Shown piece after piece: positions 57,241 to 64,000 of a stretch of DNA of 64,000 nt. The notes under the pieces were generated by a model. That model was not told where the DNA came from, searched no databases, and was given only the letters and a program-made list of their open reading frames with translations. The stretch is from a plasmid. Positions within the stretch are counted from its first letter, which is position 1. Every line of letters starts with the position of its first letter. The position numbers were made by a program, and so were the translations under genes. The stretch is taken from the sequence record NZ_CP024444.1. One strand, given 5' to 3'.

Positions 57241-58071
57241 CTAGCACTTAAGAGCTAAAGCATGATGCACAATATGTGCACGAATAAAGCTCGCAATGAA
57301 GTAATAACTATGGTCGTAACCTTCTCTTAGGTTTAAAACTAAAGGGTGATCCATTTCAGTACATACTTTTCGTAGTCTTTCTGGTTGAAGTTGGCTATCA
57401 AGAAATTCATCCCCTAAGCCTTGATCAACTAATAATGGAATTTTATGAATTGAATTCTTAACTAATTCAACAGTATCGTATTGTTTCCATGATTCCTGAT
57501 CAGCTCCTAAATAAGCATTGAAAGCTTTTTGTCCCCAAGGAACTATGGATGGATTAACAATAGGCGAAAAAGCTGATACGCTCAGATATAATTCGGGATT
57601 ACGTAAGGCAATCGTTAATGCCCCATGTCCTCCCATTGAATGACCACTAATACCGCGTTTTTGTGACGCAGGGAAATGAGCCTCAATTAGCGCTGGAAGT
57701 TCATGCACAATATAATCATACATTTGAAAATGTGCAGCCCAAGGATCTTGAGTGGCATTCAGATAAAATCCAGCACCTTGACCGAGATCATATGCAGGAT
57801 CGTCAGCTACATTTTCTCCACGAGGGCTAGTATCTGGTGCAACAATAATAATTCCATGTTCAGCCGCATATTGTTGCGCTGCAGACTTCGTAATAAAATT
57901 TTGTTCTGTGCAGGTAAGACCACTGAGCCAGTACAGTACTGGTAATTTATCTTGATGCACCTGAGGAGGCAGATAAATAGCAAATTTCATCATGCATCCG
58001 AGTACTTCAGATTTATGTTGATAAACGTCTTGCCAACCACCAAACATTGCATGATGTTCAACACGATCCAT
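57241..58071 (-). CDS. frmB: S-formylglutathione hydrolase (esterase D family)
   Basis: MKFAIYLPPQ N-terminal region. Nucleophile elbow GHSMGGHGAL. Length 276 aa. Sits in the frm cluster. Confidence 0.85.
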   Translation of the reverse strand: MDRVEHHAMFGGWQDVYQHKSEVLGCMMKFAIYLPPQVHQDKLPVLYWLSGLTCTEQNFITKSAAQQYAAEHGIIIVAPDTSPRGENVADDPAYDLGQGAGFYLNATQDPWAAHFQMYDYIVHELPALIEAHFPASQKRGISGHSMGGHGALTIALRNPELYLSVSAFSPIVNPSIVPWGQKAFNAYLGADQESWKQYDTVELVKNSIHKIPLLVDQGLGDEFLDSQLQPERLRKVCTEMDHPLVLNLREGYDHSYYFIASFIRAHIVHHALALKC

Positions 58072-58144
58072 ATCGTTTTCCTTATTACAAAAAAGTTGTG
58101 ATCTCCCTTTATTTTTAGAGAGGTCTTGTTTGTCGTTAAAATGA

Positions 58145-59479
58145 TTATTTTTCTGGTATTACATCACTATGCTTTTGTCTAATCTTTCGCATTGTCCACC
58201 AAATAGAAAACATCACTAACGGTACTAATATCGCAATTGTGAATTCAGGCGCTGCTATATCATGAACTGAAGGTATACCTTTCACTAAATATGCAAGTAA
58301 ACTAACAACATAATAAGAAATCGCAGCAACGGATAAACCCTCTACCGTTTGTTGAAGGTGTAATTGTTGTCTAGCACGATTATTCATTGATGTGAGCAAA
58401 TCTCGATTTTGACGCTCTAACTCAACATCGATCCATGAACGCAAAAGAGAAATAGCACGTGTTAATTTTTCAGAAAGAGTAGCTTGGCGTTCTTTAACAG
58501 ATTGACATGTCCTCATCGCTGGAGCGATACGACGCTCAAGAAAGTCGTGCCATGTGCAATATCCAGATATAGACTTTTCTGAAAGTCTATTCAAACGTTC
58601 TTCAACGAGTTCATAATAAGCACGACTGGCGCCAAATCGGTAAAGATTCGCTGCCACATTGGCTTCTAGTTCAGTTGCAAGCGTCGTAAGTTCAAATAGC
58701 AGTACATCATTATCACGTCTTAATTCTGTTCCTTTATTCATTTCATCAGTGATCGCGGCAAGCCGTAGCTCCATCTGACGTAGTTCAAAGGTCATTGTTC
58801 GAATTAATGGCAAAGCAAGTAATGCCAATGTTCGATATGTTTCAATCTCTAATAAACTTTGAGCAAGTGCGCCTGCACGAGCCTCTGTCAAACCACGATC
58901 AAGAATAAGAATCCGGGTCAGACCGTCATTATCTTGTCTGAAATCAGTCAAAATAGCTGCTGTTTCATTTTCTACTAGTGAATAGCACAAACTGACTGTA
59001 TCAAAACGATTTACCAATTTTTCAGATTCAGTAGCCCATGGCAATACTTGCAAGCAGATACCTGAGATAATTTCACCTGGTGGAACAAAGCCATTTTTAA
59101 ATGGATCTTCACCTTTAGGCAATCCCGTTGGTACATCTAGTTCTGCACACCAAAGATATGTGGAAAATTCTGTGTGTTTTTCACAATGCAAATTTCCTTC
59201 ATCCCAAGTCAAACCATGAAGTGGTGATTCTTCTTTTTGAGTTTTTTTCAAGCCAAAGCGATCTGATAGTTCATCCAGCGCAATTTGGTCCTTGCTTGGA
59301 TCTCCCTCTGTCAAGAAAGCTAACTGCAATAAGTTTCGTGGAGCTTGTATTAATAAAGGTGGACGGGCATGTACCTCTCCCACAGCCCTCACTCGATCTG
59401 CATGTGCTGGCATACCATATACAAATGCAGTCGAGGAAGTTTGTGGGGTCGTTTTGATAGCGGGTTCTTCTTTCATCAC
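58145..59479 (-). CDS. conserved hypothetical protein (444 aa) with C-terminal TM helices, embedded in the formaldehyde-detoxification cluster
   Basis: ORF between gfa and frmB. Two C-terminal hydrophobic segments (VAAISYYVVSLLAYLV, FTIAILVPLVMFSIWW). No catalytic motif recognised. Confidence 0.55.
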   Translation of the reverse strand: MMKEEPAIKTTPQTSSTAFVYGMPAHADRVRAVGEVHARPPLLIQAPRNLLQLAFLTEGDPSKDQIALDELSDRFGLKKTQKEESPLHGLTWDEGNLHCEKHTEFSTYLWCAELDVPTGLPKGEDPFKNGFVPPGEIISGICLQVLPWATESEKLVNRFDTVSLCYSLVENETAAILTDFRQDNDGLTRILILDRGLTEARAGALAQSLLEIETYRTLALLALPLIRTMTFELRQMELRLAAITDEMNKGTELRRDNDVLLFELTTLATELEANVAANLYRFGASRAYYELVEERLNRLSEKSISGYCTWHDFLERRIAPAMRTCQSVKERQATLSEKLTRAISLLRSWIDVELERQNRDLLTSMNNRARQQLHLQQTVEGLSVAAISYYVVSLLAYLVKGIPSVHDIAAPEFTIAILVPLVMFSIWWTMRKIRQKHSDVIPEK

Positions 59480-59510
59480 GACCTCAGTTTTTCAAGTTTA
59501 ATAAAGAGAA

Positions 59511-60089
59511 TTAAGCTTCTTTATACGTTCCTTTCTGCTTAGCTGAATGTGTAGCTAAAGCATCCATTAAGCCCGGTGACAAACAATCATAAGGTTCAAG
59601 TTTAAGTTCACGTAAACGATTGCGGATAGCATCCATATTTGATGGAGGAGTTCCACTTTCAATCACAGACGAAACAAAAGCTGCAAAACCAGGAGCAGAC
59701 CATCCTTCTTGTGGAGAAAGCTCCGTATGAACAAAGTCTAAACCGTAGAATGCATGATCTTTATTTTCGATACGACCAAAAAGGTGCGCTCCACATTCAC
59801 GACATGCGTGACGTTGAATTGCAGCATTCTCATCAACAATATGAAGCTTTTGTGGATTTGCTACAACGCTTACTTTGTCACGTGGTACAACTGCAATTAC
59901 AGCGAACGTAGCACCTTCTGGTTTCCAGCATTTAGTACATCCACAAGCATGGTTATGCAATGTTTGAGCACCAACCTCAACTTGAACTTTATCCGTTGAG
60001 CATAGACATTCTAAGATTCCACCGTCGAAGTTTTCTTGGCTTGGACGGATCCCATGATCAAGAGAAGGGTGTATATGAATTTCGCTCAT
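59511..60089 (-). CDS. gfa: glutathione-dependent formaldehyde-activating enzyme (S-(hydroxymethyl)glutathione synthase, Gfa)
   Basis: [16 protein letters not shown] and [32 protein letters not shown] are near-identical in pattern to Paracoccus Gfa. The likely start is MSEIHIHP at 60089 (RBS AAGGAAAG); the track ORF extends to 60134. Confidence 0.85.
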   Translation of the reverse strand: MSEIHIHPSLDHGIRPSQENFDGGILECLCSTDKVQVEVGAQTLHNHACGCTKCWKPEGATFAVIAVVPRDKVSVVANPQKLHIVDENAAIQRHACRECGAHLFGRIENKDHAFYGLDFVHTELSPQEGWSAPGFAAFVSSVIESGTPPSNMDAIRNRLRELKLEPYDCLSPGLMDALATHSAKQKGTYKEA

Positions 60090-60164
60090 TTTACTTTCCT
60101 TAAGATGAATTGATCGACATGGTGTGAAATTCACACCATGGATTTTTAATATGAGATTAGTTAA

Positions 60165-61286
<1,122 letters not shown>

Positions 61287-61332
61287 TTAGACCAAATGTA
61301 GTTTTTGGCACCGAACATCAAGTCGGTGCTGA

Positions 61333-61608
61333 TTAACGAAGATACGATCTAACGATAGAAATAGTTTCGTCAATTGACTTTCTTTGAGAGTTAGTTCTAG
61401 TTTCATTATCTGGAAATTCTTCTCGCAAATAACTTTCTAGTACAACCGCCATTAAACCATTTACAGCCCCACGGACTGCGGCTAGCTGATGAAGAATTAC
61501 ACCACACTCAGTACCTTCATCAAGTGCCTGCTCAAGAGCAGCGACTTGTCCTTTGATACGTCTAACACGAGTAAGCGCTTGTTTCTTCTCACGATCATTG
61601 TATGGCAT
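61333..61608 (-). CDS. frmR: FrmR-type (CsoR/RcnR family) formaldehyde-responsive transcriptional repressor
   Basis: 91 aa. RVRRIKGQVAALEQALDEGTECGVILHQLAAVRGA is the typical DUF156/FrmR pattern. Sits upstream of frmA. Confidence 0.8.
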   Translation of the reverse strand: MPYNDREKKQALTRVRRIKGQVAALEQALDEGTECGVILHQLAAVRGAVNGLMAVVLESYLREEFPDNETRTNSQRKSIDETISIVRSYLR

Positions 61609-61817
61609 ATATTCAACCTTCTCTCATTTAGATTTAGTCATCATACTATACTCTCTTATCGTTAAACTCATAATACTATACCCCCCCATGGTATAAAAGG
61701 GGTAAATTAAAAATAATTAATATTTTTTGAAGAAAATTATCTTTTAGTTATACTATTGCTTTGCATAATTAATTTAATATTATTAAAAATCAGTAATTTA
61801 GTAAAAAAATATTAAAA

Positions 61818-63068
61818 AGAAACCTTTGCACGAATAAACACACAAAAGTTCATTAAATTGGTATAATACAATAAAATCAATCACCTAGCAAAAAACACGA
61901 CTATGGCATGGAAACAAACAGGGCAACTCTCCCTAGCAGACAGTCTCATTAACGCTCACAAAGCCATCGAAGAATTAGATGAACTACACAACCTAATTGA
62001 CTGGCAAACTATCGAGCAAACCTTACGCCACGTTCATAGCAGTGAGCGTGGGGAATCTGCCTTTCACCCTGTCATCATGTTTAAAGTATTACTCTTACAA
62101 AAACTCTATAACCTATCGGATCCAGCCATGGAAAAACAACTGGCACGAGACTTACTATTTCGTCGCTTTGTTGGCCTATCATTAACGGATGATGTACCCG
62201 ACCATAGCACCATTTGGCGATACCACAAACACCTAGGTGAGCTTAGACTGATTGAACCATTGTTCAACCAAATCAATGAGCAACTAGCCCAACAAAACAT
62301 TTTTATCAAAGCGGGCAGTGTCAGCATCATCGATGCCAGTATCGTTGAAGCTAAAAACAAACGACCTAAGAAAGGCAAACACACCGACAATACCCAAGAT
62401 AACGAAGCCGCCTATGTCAGTAAAAAAGACAGTACAGGTAAAGTAAAAACCACCTACGGCTTTAAAATTCATCTCAACTGTGATGAAGACAGCTTTGTCA
62501 AAAAGGTTGAAACTACCCCTGCCAATGTCCATGATTCCCAATGTTTTACCACGCTGTTAACAGATGATGAATCAGCCGTGTATGCTGACAGTGCGTATAA
62601 AAGCCAAGCCCATGATGACTACCTTGCCGAGCATGAACCACCGATAAAAAATCATATTCATGATAGAGCATGGCGCAATACACCCTTAACCGAACAGCAA
62701 AAACGCAATAATACCCAAAAGAGCCAAACTAGAAACACCGTTGAGCGGGTCTTTGGACATTTTAAACTGCATTATGGGATGAGCAAAGCTCGTCATTTAG
62801 GGTTAATGCAATTTCATACCAGCACTTTGCTTGCAAGCATGGTGCATAATTTAAAAACTGCCCTAAGCTTGAAACGAAAATACGGACTCGCCTAGGGTTA
62901 TTGTGTCTGTTGGTTAGTAAGCTCAGCCAATAGACACAAATTTAACAACCATTTGGAGATTTTATCCATGATTTAGCCATTGTTTTGCTTATTTCATTGC
63001 CATTCTTTGTTTTTTTTCGGTTTGGTGGTATGCCTCGAGCAAAGGGGCTGTTTCGTGCAAAGGTCTCA
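61818..63068 (+). mobile_element. IS5-family insertion sequence (about 1.25 kb) with terminal inverted repeats GA(A/G)ACCTTTGCACGAA
   Basis: IRL at 61818-61834 and IRR (reverse complement) at 63052-63068, read directly from the sequence. Carries a single transposase ORF. Confidence 0.6.
61903..62895 (+). CDS. IS5-family DDE transposase (330 aa)
   Basis: N-terminal HNLIDWQTIEQTL...FHPVIMFKVLLLQKLYNLSDPAMEKQL and a C-terminal DDE region are typical of IS5-group transposases. Confidence 0.75.
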   Translation: MAWKQTGQLSLADSLINAHKAIEELDELHNLIDWQTIEQTLRHVHSSERGESAFHPVIMFKVLLLQKLYNLSDPAMEKQLARDLLFRRFVGLSLTDDVPDHSTIWRYHKHLGELRLIEPLFNQINEQLAQQNIFIKAGSVSIIDASIVEAKNKRPKKGKHTDNTQDNEAAYVSKKDSTGKVKTTYGFKIHLNCDEDSFVKKVETTPANVHDSQCFTTLLTDDESAVYADSAYKSQAHDDYLAEHEPPIKNHIHDRAWRNTPLTEQQKRNNTQKSQTRNTVERVFGHFKLHYGMSKARHLGLMQFHTSTLLASMVHNLKTALSLKRKYGLA

Positions 63069-63337
63069 AAAATATATTTTTTAAAAAAAAGAAAATTTAT
63101 ATTAAATATTCTTATATTAACACTTCTGTATATCAAATTATCTTTTAGCAAAAACACGCTTAAAAAATAAATAAATTAAATCAATAATTTATGTTAAAGT
63201 AAAAAAAACCTAGTAATCAAACCGATTGTTAGAAAAGAATATTTCAATTGTTTAAATTAAAATCAATTAAAATAAAACCATGATACAAATTAATCTATCG
63301 AATTTACTTAATCATTTTCTTTTTAACTAGTATGCAT

Positions 63338-64000
63338 TCAACTTGAATAATTCTTCATAAACAAATTAAAATCCATGACTTGCTGCTGCTCTAACACTTC
63401 TTGCTCAAGAAGAGACTTTTGTGCAACTGATTCAAAAAATTGTTTACGCTCATCCGTCAAAACCTGTTTCGAAAAGTTATTCAAATGTTGCTGGCATTGA
63501 TGTAAAGCGAAGTCATTAAAACCTATATTATGTTGAAACATATATGTTAAGACCTTAGAGGATGGCGTTAAGAATGAATTCTCAATTTTAGCCTGTTGAG
63601 CATATATAGCTTCTTTATGTTTATTAATATCATTTGCATGATCGAGTAAATTAGCTAGAGGTCTAATATTAGCCAACAACTCTTGAGCCCAATCATACAT
63701 AGCAATTGAACTATCTCCATTTTGGAGTTCTAAATTTGGCTTTCGCCCCTTTTCAGCCACAAGGTGAAAGTTATTATTCGCCTGATTAAGGCTATCTTGA
63801 CTTAATGATGGGCTTTTATATAAAGCACAAAATAATAAAAATGCATCCAAAAAGTAAGCTTGCTCTAAATCAATTCCTAACGAAGAAAAAGGATTAATGT
63901 CCAAACAACGTATCTCGACATACTGTACCCCACGTGCATTTAATGCATGAAGCACACGCTCACCAGAATATGGAACTCGTTTTGGTCTAATATTTGAATA
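63338..64000 (-). CDS. gshA: glutamate-cysteine ligase, 3' part only; the gene continues beyond the window end
   Basis: GVQYVEIRCLDINPFSSLGIDLEQAYFLDAFLLFCAL matches the E. coli GshA C-terminal region ([31 protein letters not shown]). The ORF is open to position 64000. Confidence 0.8.
   Translation of the reverse strand, partial: YSNIRPKRVPYSGERVLHALNARGVQYVEIRCLDINPFSSLGIDLEQAYFLDAFLLFCALYKSPSLSQDSLNQANNNFHLVAEKGRKPNLELQNGDSSIAMYDWAQELLANIRPLANLLDHANDINKHKEAIYAQQAKIENSFLTPSSKVLTYMFQHNIGFNDFALHQCQQHLNNFSKQVLTDERKQFFESVAQKSLLEQEVLEQQQVMDFNLFMKNYSS

Noticed and set aside
62942-63170. Two small ORFs (71 aa and 61 aa) downstream of the IS5 transposase
   Set aside because: They lie within the AT-rich right end and inverted-repeat region of the IS. 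They have no RBS and are probably non-coding.

Overview
Annotation of a 64-kb window of AT-rich gammaproteobacterial DNA, likely Moraxellaceae (Acinetobacter/Moraxella/Psychrobacter-like) judging by codon usage and IS types. It is read here as a roughly 52-kb mobile or accessory island joined to core chromosome at an IS982 element (about 52.2-53.2 kb). The island contains, from left to right: a phage/defence-like islet (frameshifted DUF1643 gene, an atypical orphan C5-cytosine methyltransferase, an Arc-type ribbon-helix-helix (RHH) fusion protein and an ASCH-like protein) and a fused MFS/spermidine-synthase-like gene. Then comes a striking 31.5-kb, roughly 21-gene, single-strand block (8109-39619) of proteins with no recognisable catalytic motifs. 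This block includes giants of 755, 908, 1498 and 878 aa, four signal-peptide proteins (two of them paralogs with conserved Cys pairs), and a 1031-aa polytopic membrane protein with a Gly-rich tail. After it come a solo TnpB, a type IA topoisomerase with repeated Zn ribbons, and a minus-strand module whose order and content mirror IncI traH-traI-traJ-traK, i.e. Dot/Icm dotD-dotC-dotB-icmT of type IVB secretion (T4BSS). That module comprises a DotD-like lipoprotein, a DotC-positional secreted protein, a PilT/DotB-family ATPase and a small membrane protein, together with an actin-like ATPase and two further unknown proteins. No VirB4-like, VirD4-like or relaxase gene is visible anywhere in the window. 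The ORFan block is therefore a candidate novel secretion-associated system or effector arsenal coupled to a partial type IVB-like core. Right of the IS982 lies conserved core: a uvrA paralog, ndh (NDH-2), the formaldehyde detoxification cluster frmR-frmA-gfa-(unknown membrane protein)-frmB, an IS5-family insertion, and the 3' part of gshA. No rRNA, tRNA or CRISPR array was recognised.
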